DNA of 34,046 nt from Nanobdellota archaeon (GTDB taxonomy: Archaea > Nanobdellota > Nanobdellia > Pacearchaeales > GW2011-AR1): positions 1 to 34,046 of the forward strand of contig JBBSXB010000012.1 of the NCBI GenBank assembly GCA_038046005.1. Reading direction: 5' to 3'. The notes under the pieces are model-generated. The model made no database searches and was not told where the DNA came from. It saw only the letters and a program-made list of their open reading frames with translations. Below are positions 17,500 through 26,590 of the stretch, one piece after another. The position numbers were made by a program, and so were the translations under genes. Each line of letters opens with the position of its first letter. Within the stretch, counting starts at the first letter, position 1.

Positions 17500-18066
17500 A
17501 TGAAAAGGCAAAAAATAAAAAAGGATAAAAAAATTGAACATGATAAGGGCGTTGAAATAAAAGGTCTTTCACAAAAAGAAGTGAAAATTATAGCTTGGAT
17601 AGAATTTTATCAGAAATACTTTTTTACTTCTAATGATATTGAACAATTTTTTACTAGTAAGAGTATTTTTTATAATTTTATTAAAAGGCTAGTTAAGAAA
17701 AAAAGGATAATAAAAATAAATAAAAATAAATATTATCTAATTCCAATAAAAGCTAAATCTGGAGCATGGATTCCTCACGAGTTTATTATTGTGGATGAGA
17801 TATGTAATTCACAGGAGTATTATATAGGTGGCTGGACTTCTTCTAACTACTGGAAGCTAACTGACCAAATTCCTTTTACAATAGAGGTATTTACAACAAA
17901 AAAACAAGGTAAGATAAATATACTAAATACAAAGATATATTTTCATAGAATCAAGAAGATTGATAAAGTTAAGTATGTTATTAAAAAAATTGCAGGTCAT
18001 GAGTTTAAGATATTAAACAAAAAGGAGTCTAAAAAATGGTTGAAGTCAAGAGAATCACTAATATAG
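17500..18066 (+). CDS. AbiEi-like type IV antitoxin / transcriptional regulator
   Basis: wHTH RLVKKKRI..I....Y.LIP, then YYIGG..S.NYW.LTDQIP.TI.V. It overlaps a downstream AbiEii gene. Confidence 0.82.
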   Translation: MKRQKIKKDKKIEHDKGVEIKGLSQKEVKIIAWIEFYQKYFFTSNDIEQFFTSKSIFYNFIKRLVKKKRIIKINKNKYYLIPIKAKSGAWIPHEFIIVDEICNSQEYYIGGWTSSNYWKLTDQIPFTIEVFTTKKQGKINILNTKIYFHRIKKIDKVKYVIKKIAGHEFKILNKKESKKWLKSRESLI

Positions 18067-18833
18067 AATTTGAAGATGTTTTGGCTGGAACAAAATTTAA
18101 CAGAGGAAAGCTAACTAAGGATTATTTTTTAACTTTGCTTCTTTATTTGATTAAAGATGTTAACGGAATTTATTTTAAAGGAGGGACCGCTTTAAATAAA
18201 ATATTTCTTAATCATACTAGGCTGTCAGAAGATATTGACTTTTCTTTAACACGTGAAGTATCAGATGTTAAAAAAGAGGTAGTTGAAGTCATTGAAAAAT
18301 CAGGGCTATTTGGAAATGTAACTTACGATAAAAATGTAGAAGGTTTTCTTAGAATTGTTGTTGACTATATAAGCTTTGATGGAGAAAATGACAAGATATT
18401 CATAGATTTGAATAAAAGGGCAAAACTTGCCCTTCCATACGAAAATCATAAAGTTAATCATTTTTATGTTCCATTTATACCAGAATTTTCTATAAAGACA
18501 GTTGCAGAGGAAGAATTAATTGCTGAAAAAACTGCTGCTACAATTGGTAGGAATAAGCCAAGAGACCATTATGATGTTTATATGCTATTAAAGAAAGGCA
18601 TTCCTATAAATATGGAACTTGTAAAGAAGAAATGCCATGAATCAGGAGACGAGTTTTCTATAATAAAAATGTTCAACAAAGCAAAAATGCTGAAGAATAG
18701 ATGGGATAAGGATATGGCTTCACTTATTGCCGAGCCTATCTCTTTTCAGGAAATTATAACATTTTTATCAAAACATTTCAAGCTTAAAGAAGAAAAAGAA
18801 AAAATAGTTTCACAAAGATTAAGGAAGCCCTAG
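18036..18833 (+). CDS. AbiEii/AbiGii nucleotidyltransferase toxin (type IV TA)
   Basis: KDY, FKGGTALNK, RLSEDIDF, AEK..A...R.KPRD.YD. Confidence 0.92.
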   Translation: MVEVKRITNIEFEDVLAGTKFNRGKLTKDYFLTLLLYLIKDVNGIYFKGGTALNKIFLNHTRLSEDIDFSLTREVSDVKKEVVEVIEKSGLFGNVTYDKNVEGFLRIVVDYISFDGENDKIFIDLNKRAKLALPYENHKVNHFYVPFIPEFSIKTVAEEELIAEKTAATIGRNKPRDHYDVYMLLKKGIPINMELVKKKCHESGDEFSIIKMFNKAKMLKNRWDKDMASLIAEPISFQEIITFLSKHFKLKEEKEKIVSQRLRKP

Positions 18834-18867
18834 TTTAACTTTAGTAAATTAATCATAAATTAGCGAG

Positions 18868-18984
18868 AATCTCGGATTATTGGGAATTGGGTATGCTTGG
18901 ATGATTGGGCAGGGAATTGTTAGTGTGGTTTATATTGCAGAGATGTGGATTATGGGGGGGAGAAAGAATGTCAAAAAAAATTAA
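18868..18984 (+). pseudogene. Orphan 3' end of a second flippase allele
   Basis: Translates NLGLLGIGYAWMIGQGIVSVVYIAEMWIMGGRKNVKKN*. 18868-18950 matches 15463-15545 at 72/83 nt and 25/27 aa by hand count. Confidence 0.9.
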
Positions 18985-19474
18985 TGCGGGGATAAGAAGG
19001 GTCGTTAGTGGCTCTTATATGTTTATAGAGAATTATCAGAGTTGTGGTGGTTTGTTAATGGATGTTCCAACTAAATGTCCTCCTAAAAAAGAAACAATCG
19101 AAAAAATAAGAGCTGATCTAAATTTTGATGAAGTTAATGGATCAATAAAAAAAGAAAAATTAGATGTTGCAATTGTTTTGGAAGTTAATAAGAATAGATT
19201 TGAAAAACAAGATTTGGATAATGTTGCGAAAATTGTTCTTGATGCTATTAAGAAACCAAAAGATTCAACAGACACAAGACCTTATTTCTTTGATGATGAT
19301 TGCCAGATAATTAGATTATTAGTTCAAAAGAATTTGAGAAATGAGTTACAAGATACCGAAACATCACAAGTATCTATTTCTGCAAGAAAACATAATTCTT
19401 CTAAGGAAATGAAGTTGAAAAGATTTGGACCTTATAAAGATCAAGAAGATTATGAAGATAGTATGAAGAGTTAG
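18968..19474 (+). CDS. RusA-like Holliday junction resolvase family endonuclease
   Basis: DLDNVAKIVLDAI......FFDDDCQI matches the RusA D-x-D-N-x-x-K...D-D motif. The start is moved to ATG 18968. Confidence 0.72.
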   Translation: MSKKINAGIRRVVSGSYMFIENYQSCGGLLMDVPTKCPPKKETIEKIRADLNFDEVNGSIKKEKLDVAIVLEVNKNRFEKQDLDNVAKIVLDAIKKPKDSTDTRPYFFDDDCQIIRLLVQKNLRNELQDTETSQVSISARKHNSSKEMKLKRFGPYKDQEDYEDSMKS

Positions 19475-19497
19475 GTTTTCTTTTTTGCTTTCTGCTA

Positions 19498-20625
19498 TTA
19501 CTTTTTTGTAATTTGTCTAATTTTTTCGACAAATTCGTTAGTTTTCTTATTAAAACCCTTCTTTATTTTTAAAAAATTATTCTTTTTTTTAATTAGACTT
19601 GACAAGATTTTTAGATCTGAAGAGATATTTTCTAAATTTAAATTTCTAACATCTATAAAACTATTTTCTTGGTTTATTGCTCTCATAAAAGCATGATTTT
19701 TTTTGTCATAAGCAATATTAAACACTGGAACAGAGCTACCAAAAGCAAAAATAGAAGAATGTAACATCATACTAATGACGAGATCCATATTTTCATAGAT
19801 GTATTTTGTTTCATAAGGCCCATATTTACAAATAGTCATATCAGGGAATCTTTTTTTTAAAATCTTAATGACTCTGTTTTCATTAGAATGATGTCTAATA
19901 TAAAAAAATTTTGCATTATAGGTCCTACCAAGGTTTTTTATAAGTTCAGTATAATAATCTACCAGCTGAGGGGTGTATTTATCCTGAAATTTCCACCCAT
20001 GCTGAGCTATATTCAATGCAATTTTTATATTTTTTTCAAATTTTAAATTTATTTTCTTACTTTTTAAAAATATGGCCGGGTCACCGATATAATCTGCATT
20101 AAAACCTAGCTTTTTTAAGAATTCTTTTGTTTCCAAATCACGGACTGAAGATAATTTTGCTTTTCTATTCAGAAAGATAATACTTTTCAGTTCTTTTGAA
20201 GAAAGATTCTTGTCACCAAAGTTATGGTTATACCCCACCCCAAAAATAATTATTGGAATCTTAATCTTATTTATTAGCTCATCGTTTAGCGGGAAAAACC
20301 ATTTAGAATATAACCCCCCTCCCCCAAGTATCATCAGATCATGTTTGTTTATTTTGTTTAGGAGAATATCATCTAGTTTGTTTTTTATCTTTCTATAATT
20401 TTTGTCTAATAATTTTATACTTGAAGTAAATTTTAAGATCTCAAAATATTTCATAAGAATGTCTATAAACCAAGGATAATCACGTTTTTTTAAATCAAAA
20501 ATATTTTTTGAAGTGTATGAAGTGATTTTAAATTTTGTTTTTAGAATATCTCTGAGAGACAATACTATTGCAACATCTCCTATATTTGATTTTTCTTTAA
20601 CATGAAAATGAATAATTTTTACCAT
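19498..20625 (-). CDS. Polysaccharide pyruvyl transferase family protein
   Basis: NIGD, LGGGGLY, FGVGY, SVRD, GDPA, MLHS.IFA and IAYD.K. Confidence 0.88.
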   Translation of the reverse strand: MVKIIHFHVKEKSNIGDVAIVLSLRDILKTKFKITSYTSKNIFDLKKRDYPWFIDILMKYFEILKFTSSIKLLDKNYRKIKNKLDDILLNKINKHDLMILGGGGLYSKWFFPLNDELINKIKIPIIIFGVGYNHNFGDKNLSSKELKSIIFLNRKAKLSSVRDLETKEFLKKLGFNADYIGDPAIFLKSKKINLKFEKNIKIALNIAQHGWKFQDKYTPQLVDYYTELIKNLGRTYNAKFFYIRHHSNENRVIKILKKRFPDMTICKYGPYETKYIYENMDLVISMMLHSSIFAFGSSVPVFNIAYDKKNHAFMRAINQENSFIDVRNLNLENISSDLKILSSLIKKKNNFLKIKKGFNKKTNEFVEKIRQITKK

Positions 20626-20646
20626 AGTCCTAAAACGCAGATTCTC

Positions 20647-22938
20647 TCATTTAAATATTTCACTTTCCCCATTACTATAAATTTTTCCTTTATTGTTATT
20701 AAGAAAAGTGCTAGGTGATTCATAAAGTATACTATATTTTCCATAAGTTTTTGAGATTAAACTTAATTGTGTATTACTTCTCCCAAGGTATACATATCCA
20801 TCTTGAGTTATTATTTGGGGAAAAATGCCTCTTACGGATTTTGTTATAAAACTGGGAGAAGAAGAGATTGCTAATTTGTAGTATGCCAAATTGTCTAAAT
20901 AAATTAAGCCACCTCCGTAGTGATTAAACAACCATATTCCTGAATTAATTTCAGAACTTGACGAATAAATTGAATCATATTCACTTCCAACATTGTTTAA
21001 ATTTAAGCTAACATCACTACCTCCCAAAAATTGTTGATTAAAGCTAGATAAGAATAAAAAGTAAAGTATTACAAAAAGTGACACTACAATTACTCCTTTT
21101 TTATACTTCAAGATAAGAAATCCTCCAAATAAGATTAAGGGAGATAAGATTAACAAGACTTGCTGATACACCCTTCCTAAATCATAACTTACAGAAGAAA
21201 AAGGAAGTACTATTAATGTTAAAAGAAAAATCAAACTCACCAAAATATGTATTCCAAACTCAGCAGTTGCCTTTTTTTTGTTAAAAAATTGTTTAATCAA
21301 AAAATAAAGAATTCCAATGAACAAAATTATTTCCCCAATTATTTTGACCAACTCTCTTTTTTCTAAAATTGTAGTAAGAATTGAACTTTTTATAGGCATA
21401 ATTAAAGAGGATGTTGTTTTAGGTTTTATTTGATAATCACTATAAGTTTCATTAGGATACCTATTAAGATTAGGATATTTTTTATTATAATCATCTATTG
21501 CTTCATAGGCTATAACATTAAACGGTTTATTTTCTGAATTTTTGTTAAATATATTAAAATGGCTTAAGGGGGTTTGTGTTTGTGATTGAACATCTTCATT
21601 AAAAATATTTCCAAGATTACTAAAACTCTTTTTAGTAAAATCAATCAAACCATCTGCAGTATCCGTCACTTGAGTATACCATAAAAAACTGAAAATTAAA
21701 AGTAATATAACTAAAAATCCTGTTAGGTGAAATTCTGTTCTTTCGTGCGGATGAAGTTTTCCTTTCCTTATTTTTCTATGTTCATGTCCTTTATAGATTA
21801 GAATTAATATGTATGAAAGAAGAAAGATGGCTAATGCAATATAAGCGGTAGAATAATGAGAAACAATCATTGAAAAACCAAAAATAGCAAATAAGAGAGA
21901 TTTCATATTTCTTCCTATTTCCTTAGTAAATAGAACTAACAGCATAAGACCAAAGAATAAGAAAGCTATTTGTTGCCTTAAGGGTATACCAAAGTATCCT
22001 AAAATAAACATGGGTTGGGAAATAAAGAAAAAAGCACCCATAAAAGAAAACTCACTTTTGATAAATTTTTTAGAAAATAAATAAATTGTTAAAGGGACTA
22101 AAGGAAAAATAATTTCTAAAAAAATTTTAATAAGATAAAGTTTATTTAATCCAAGAAAAGATGATATCACGGTGGGGAATACTGTTAAGCTTAACATTGC
22201 GTTATAGACATGGTCGTAATTTGATGGGCTCCAATAGGATAGGCTAGAAGTAGAATTAAATACTGAAAATTCAAGGTTTATGTCTACTCCTGAGATAAAC
22301 CAACTCCTCAAAGAGTACATCAGCAACAAAGAAATAGATATCATCAAAATAGCCCAAGGATAAACATTTTCATTCAGTTTTTCTCGTTTTAGGACGAGAA
22401 AGAAAACATATAATGCTATTCCACCAAGCATTATCATTGTTAATATATTTGGGCCGTGGTTATTGAGTATAAGTGCTCCGAGTATGCTTAATACTGGAAA
22501 AATCATTGGAATGATGAAAAAGATTTGATTTGTCCTGTCAAGTTTTGGAGTTTTTATCTCAAATGGTGGAAGCTCAAAATTTCTTATGACTGCAAAAAAC
22601 CACATTACCAGCAAGAAAATATCAAAGCTTACTAATATTGGAACTAGGGAGAGAGGTTTGTCAGTAATGTGAAGCCATGGAAGTGTCCAGTTAACAATTA
22701 ATCCTGCAAACATAATAAAAGCAACACTTAATCCTATTATGTAAACAAGATATTCCCAAAATTTTACTGTCCTAACCTTAAATATCAGCATAAGAAGCAA
22801 TCCTGGAATTGTTATGATAAAAATAAAAGCAAGAATTGATCTTATGTAAAATTGATTTAGGTTAAATATGACTAGAAGATTAACAATTAGTATAAATGCC
22901 ACTATTCCATAAAATATCTTACTTCTTGTTATTTGCAT
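20647..22938 (-). CDS. DUF2206-like multipass membrane protein (archaeal glycosylation-associated)
   Basis: Many TM segments; PG..L, Y.IGLS, SLRSW.ISG.D...E, YNAMLS, RQQIA, SHYSTAY, R.YQQ and C-terminal KIYSNG.SEIF. Confidence 0.75.
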   Translation of the reverse strand: MQITRSKIFYGIVAFILIVNLLVIFNLNQFYIRSILAFIFIITIPGLLLMLIFKVRTVKFWEYLVYIIGLSVAFIMFAGLIVNWTLPWLHITDKPLSLVPILVSFDIFLLVMWFFAVIRNFELPPFEIKTPKLDRTNQIFFIIPMIFPVLSILGALILNNHGPNILTMIMLGGIALYVFFLVLKREKLNENVYPWAILMISISLLLMYSLRSWFISGVDINLEFSVFNSTSSLSYWSPSNYDHVYNAMLSLTVFPTVISSFLGLNKLYLIKIFLEIIFPLVPLTIYLFSKKFIKSEFSFMGAFFFISQPMFILGYFGIPLRQQIAFLFFGLMLLVLFTKEIGRNMKSLLFAIFGFSMIVSHYSTAYIALAIFLLSYILILIYKGHEHRKIRKGKLHPHERTEFHLTGFLVILLLIFSFLWYTQVTDTADGLIDFTKKSFSNLGNIFNEDVQSQTQTPLSHFNIFNKNSENKPFNVIAYEAIDDYNKKYPNLNRYPNETYSDYQIKPKTTSSLIMPIKSSILTTILEKRELVKIIGEIILFIGILYFLIKQFFNKKKATAEFGIHILVSLIFLLTLIVLPFSSVSYDLGRVYQQVLLILSPLILFGGFLILKYKKGVIVVSLFVILYFLFLSSFNQQFLGGSDVSLNLNNVGSEYDSIYSSSSEINSGIWLFNHYGGGLIYLDNLAYYKLAISSSPSFITKSVRGIFPQIITQDGYVYLGRSNTQLSLISKTYGKYSILYESPSTFLNNNKGKIYSNGESEIFK

Positions 22939-24100
22939 TGTGTTCTTTTAATACTTCTTTGTAAACTTCTTCTGTCTGCTTAACTATTTTATCCCAAGAG
23001 TATTTTTTAATCTCTCTTAATCCATTTTCTGCAAATTTTTTTCTCAGATTAGGATTATTAATTAATTTTTCTATTACCTCTGCTATTTTTTCTGATGTTG
23101 GCTCAACAAGAAGACCATTGTAATTGTTTTTAATCACAGATCTTATTCCTGGAATGTCTGAGGCAATAATAGGGGTTCCGGTGGCCAAGGCCTCTAACAA
23201 AACTAACCCAAATGATTCATACAAACTAGGTAAAATAAGAATATCTGACTTGTAAATTTCTTCTATTGCTTGATCATTTGAGATAAATTTGTGCAGTTTA
23301 ATGTAGGCTGAGAGATTATTGTCTAAAATTCTTTTCTCAATGTTGCTTTTTAGAGGACCTTCCCCATAAATGTCTAGGACAAAGTTTTGGTTATGTTTAA
23401 TTACTTCTTTGATAGCATCAACAAGAAATGTTAATCCTTTTCCATAAAATAATCTTCCTAAAAAAATTATTCTTATTTTTTCGTTTTTTTCTTTCTTAAC
23501 ATTTTTTATTATTTTCCTAATCCTATCAAGATCAATCCCATTATGAATAACTCTTGCATTGTTTGTATCAAATTTAAAATTTTTCTTTAGGTCAATCAAT
23601 AATGACTCACTTACTGAAATTATTCTATCGGCATTTTTTAAATCAGTAGAATATAATTGTTTATATAAAGGATATTCAAGAACATTAAAAATAAAATCCC
23701 CTATATTTTTTTCTCTAAAAGGCGCATCAAAAAATGCTTTTAATCCTCTTTGAGGGCAATCATGCATAGTTACAATCCAAGGCTTATTCAAACTTTTCTT
23801 TATTTTAGAATAAATTGAAAAATCAGTATTTTGGGTATGAATTATATCAAAGTATTTCAATTCATTTTTTAATTTTTTTAAATTAGCTAATTGAAACCAC
23901 AGGGCTCTTGGAGGAAAGTTAAACATGGGCAATCTTTGAATCTTGAAGTTTACATCTAACTCCTTATCGACTTTACCTCCGCAAAAAACAGTCACATCAT
24001 GACCTCGATTAGTTAATGAACCAGCCAAACTGGTAGCATAACTACCAATTCCCCCAGTCATAAAAGGAGGAAAATTATGAGATATTATAGCTATTTTCAT
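22919..24100 (-). CDS. Glycosyltransferase family 4
   Basis: MKIAIIS..FPP..GG, VTMH, IHNGID, FLGRL..KG, LPSLYESFGLVLLEALA.GTP and YSWDKI. Confidence 0.93.
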   Translation of the reverse strand: MKIAIISHNFPPFMTGGIGSYATSLAGSLTNRGHDVTVFCGGKVDKELDVNFKIQRLPMFNFPPRALWFQLANLKKLKNELKYFDIIHTQNTDFSIYSKIKKSLNKPWIVTMHDCPQRGLKAFFDAPFREKNIGDFIFNVLEYPLYKQLYSTDLKNADRIISVSESLLIDLKKNFKFDTNNARVIHNGIDLDRIRKIIKNVKKEKNEKIRIIFLGRLFYGKGLTFLVDAIKEVIKHNQNFVLDIYGEGPLKSNIEKRILDNNLSAYIKLHKFISNDQAIEEIYKSDILILPSLYESFGLVLLEALATGTPIIASDIPGIRSVIKNNYNGLLVEPTSEKIAEVIEKLINNPNLRKKFAENGLREIKKYSWDKIVKQTEEVYKEVLKEHNANNKK

Positions 24101-25215
24101 TTTTTAAGAGATTTGAAAATTTCTTCAAATTTATCTAAGGTTTTTTGCCATGAATGAGGATTTTTGAAACGTTTATGTCTCGTTTTGTATATTTTTAACA
24201 AAGCGTTTTTTATTCCGTCTGAATCTCTAGGTTTTACAAAAAAAGCACCCCCATAATCTTTCATACTTTCTTTTAAACCTCCTACTTTTGAAACAATTAC
24301 TGGAAGTCCATAACTTGTAGCAATATGCGCTGCTCCACTTTGAGATGCTCTGAGATAAGGCAGAACAACCACATCGGCATTACTAAAGAATTTACCAACT
24401 TCTTGATCAGAAACATACCTATCAACTAAAGTTATATTCTTTCTATACCTGCTTTTTTCAACTAATTCTTTTGGATTGCACTGCCAAGCTTCCCCCACAA
24501 TGGTTAGATGATACTTATCAATTAATTCTTGAGGGATTTTTTCAAACGCTTCTATCAAATATTCAAGGCCCTTGTAAGGTCTTATTAAACCAAAAAATAA
24601 AATGTTGCAAGTTTTACCATCTTTCCTTATCGGTTTTTCTTTTTTAAAATAATTAAAACTGCCAAGAGGAACTACAAATATGTTATTAACATTATATTTT
24701 GACTTTGTCAGCTTTGCATCACTCTCTGAATGACAGATGTAAGCATCAAAATTTTTGAATAAATGGCCATTAAAGAATTTCATATAAAACCGAGCAAATT
24801 TCATATTATTTTCAGAAGGGTCTAGAACTTCGTGGAATTCCAAAATTGTTTTCTTTTTAAAAAACAATTTATTTAGTATCTTTAATAAGAAGTAAGTATG
24901 TGCAACTGTTCCTGTCCACCATTGAAAGATAATCACGTCTGGATTTTCTTTTTTTAAAAAAGAAATTGCTTTAAACATGCTCGGAAACCAGTACCAGTTT
25001 ATTCCATCGTAGACATCAATTTTTTTATTAAGTTCTAAATCGCTAATATTAGAACCCACTCTGCTTTTACCAGGAAACAAAAATCTTGGTAATAATTTTT
25101 TTAGATGAATAACTGACACTTCATTTTTTTTGCTTAATTCATTTGCTAGTCCTATTGTAAAGTAAGTTATTCCAGACAAGAAATGTTTGCTTGGTCCAAC
25201 CACACATATCTTCAT
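24097..25215 (-). CDS. Glycosyltransferase family 4
   Basis: LFFGLIRPYKG, ADVVVLPY..ASQSG and GLPVIVS.VGGL. The start is placed at MKICVVG (25215); the ORF track starts at 25239. Confidence 0.92.
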   Translation of the reverse strand: MKICVVGPSKHFLSGITYFTIGLANELSKKNEVSVIHLKKLLPRFLFPGKSRVGSNISDLELNKKIDVYDGINWYWFPSMFKAISFLKKENPDVIIFQWWTGTVAHTYFLLKILNKLFFKKKTILEFHEVLDPSENNMKFARFYMKFFNGHLFKNFDAYICHSESDAKLTKSKYNVNNIFVVPLGSFNYFKKEKPIRKDGKTCNILFFGLIRPYKGLEYLIEAFEKIPQELIDKYHLTIVGEAWQCNPKELVEKSRYRKNITLVDRYVSDQEVGKFFSNADVVVLPYLRASQSGAAHIATSYGLPVIVSKVGGLKESMKDYGGAFFVKPRDSDGIKNALLKIYKTRHKRFKNPHSWQKTLDKFEEIFKSLKK

Positions 25216-25220
25216 CTCCC

Positions 25221-25940
25221 TCACTTCCCCGGCTTCCAACCAATGTTTTTAAATAGCATCCAGGTGATTTTTAGGCCATCTCCTATTGGAGAAAGCTTTG
25301 AATTTGATTCTCCATGCCTTGGGTCATATGTTATTGGAACTGAATAAATCTTGTTTCCTAGCTTTGCCATTTTTGTTATCATCTCTGCTTCAATTGCGAA
25401 ACCACTTGATTTTAGATAACCATTAAGCTTAACTATCGCTTTCTTTTTCCATGCAAAATATCCTGTGCATGTGTCCGTAACGTTGGCTCCATAAAAGTAT
25501 CTTGTTATAAATGTAAAAAACCAGTTTGCCGTTCTATGTGAAAAACTCATGGCATTTCCATTCATTCTTCCCTCAAGCCTTGAACCAACAATAACATCAC
25601 AAAAATCATTTTCAAGAGGCTCTACCATTCTTGGAATCTCTTTAGCTTTGTAAGTGTCATCCCCATCAAGCATAACAACAAAATCAGTGTCTTCGCTAAT
25701 ATGTCTAAAACCAGTCCTTATTGCATTTCCTTTTCCGGGATTAGGTTCGAATATTACCTTTGCACCTAATTTTTTAGCTATTTGTGATGTTTTATCACTA
25801 GAATTATTGTCTATCACAAGAACCTCAACAGTATAGCCAAGTTCTTTTAATTTTCTATTAGGAACACTTTCAATTACTTTCCCTATGCCTTTTTCCTCAT
25901 TATAACACGGAATTACAACAGTTATCTTTTTCATGGTCAT
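25221..25940 (-). CDS. Glycosyltransferase family 2 (polyprenol-phosphate sugar synthase-like)
   Basis: VVIPCYNEE, IDNNSSD.T, GKGNA, LDGDDTY, VGSR, D.CTGY and FAIEAE. Confidence 0.93.
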   Translation of the reverse strand: MTMKKITVVIPCYNEEKGIGKVIESVPNRKLKELGYTVEVLVIDNNSSDKTSQIAKKLGAKVIFEPNPGKGNAIRTGFRHISEDTDFVVMLDGDDTYKAKEIPRMVEPLENDFCDVIVGSRLEGRMNGNAMSFSHRTANWFFTFITRYFYGANVTDTCTGYFAWKKKAIVKLNGYLKSSGFAIEAEMITKMAKLGNKIYSVPITYDPRHGESNSKLSPIGDGLKITWMLFKNIGWKPGK

Positions 25941-26052
25941 GTTTTCCCAGAATTAACAGATTCTGAGATGCTGATCACCCCAAAAACCTTAAAAATAGAT
26001 TAATAATAATGCTTATAAATGTTATTATGCGTTGCTTTTTTAGGATAATAAA

Positions 26053-26541
26053 ATGAAATATGTATTAATAGGGGCAATTGCAATAGTAGTGATTTTCCTT
26101 ATAGTTTTAGCCTTAATTCCAAAAGGCATTGAGCCTTTAACAGAGCTCTATTTTGAAAATCACACAGCTCTAACAAAGTATGCTTTTCTTGACAAAGACT
26201 ATAATTTTTCATTCACAGTCCATAATCTTGAATACACTCCCATGGAATATGAATATGTTATAGAGGCTTTTGACAAAAACAATACTCTATTATTTGAGCT
26301 TGACAGAAACAAGTTCAATCTCTCTGACAATGAAAGTATCACTCTAAATGAGAATTTTACATTCAAAAGCCACTTTGAAAACGCTAAAATCAGTATTTTG
26401 CTTAACAAACTCACTTCAGGAAATGAAATCAACGCCCAAAGAAAATTCTGGTGGAAAGATGAAAATTATCCTAATAGTGTAGACATCCACTTTTGGGTAG
26501 AGGAAATTACAGGACCTAAAATAACAATAATTCCAGATTAA
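26053..26541 (+). CDS. DUF1616-like membrane-anchored protein
   Basis: N-terminal TM, EPLTELYF, V.N.E...EY.Y and HFW. It has six N-x-S/T sequons (NHT, NFS, NNT, NLS, NES, NFT). Confidence 0.65.
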   Translation: MKYVLIGAIAIVVIFLIVLALIPKGIEPLTELYFENHTALTKYAFLDKDYNFSFTVHNLEYTPMEYEYVIEAFDKNNTLLFELDRNKFNLSDNESITLNENFTFKSHFENAKISILLNKLTSGNEINAQRKFWWKDENYPNSVDIHFWVEEITGPKITIIPD

Positions 26542-26590
26542 TAATCTGCAACACCACAATATTTAAATATCATTATAAAGGAGTAAACGA

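Larger units (their letters stand above)
17151..19511 (+). repeat. Imperfect ~63-bp direct repeat (17151-17213 and 19448-19511)
   Basis: GATTTAGAAAATAGTATAAGGAGTTAGGTTTTCTTTTTGCTTTCTGATATTATTTTTTTGTAA versus GATTATGAAGATAGTATGAAGAGTTAGGTTTTCTTTTTTGCTTTCTGCTATTACTTTTTTGTAA. Confidence 0.85.

Noticed and set aside
15565-18867. Prophage, transposon or integron call for the block between the flippase tails
   Set aside because: No integrase, transposase, terminal inverted repeats or attC-like sites could be recognised.
11256-18950. Diversity-generating retroelement TR/VR explanation for the repeat pairs
   Set aside because: No reverse transcriptase is present in the window. The PEF repeat has no mismatches, and the flippase-tail mismatches are not adenine-specific and are mostly synonymous.
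18905-18967. N-terminal 21 aa of ORF 18905..19474
   Set aside because: It is an off-frame reading of the flippase-tail relic. ATG 18968 is the more plausible start.
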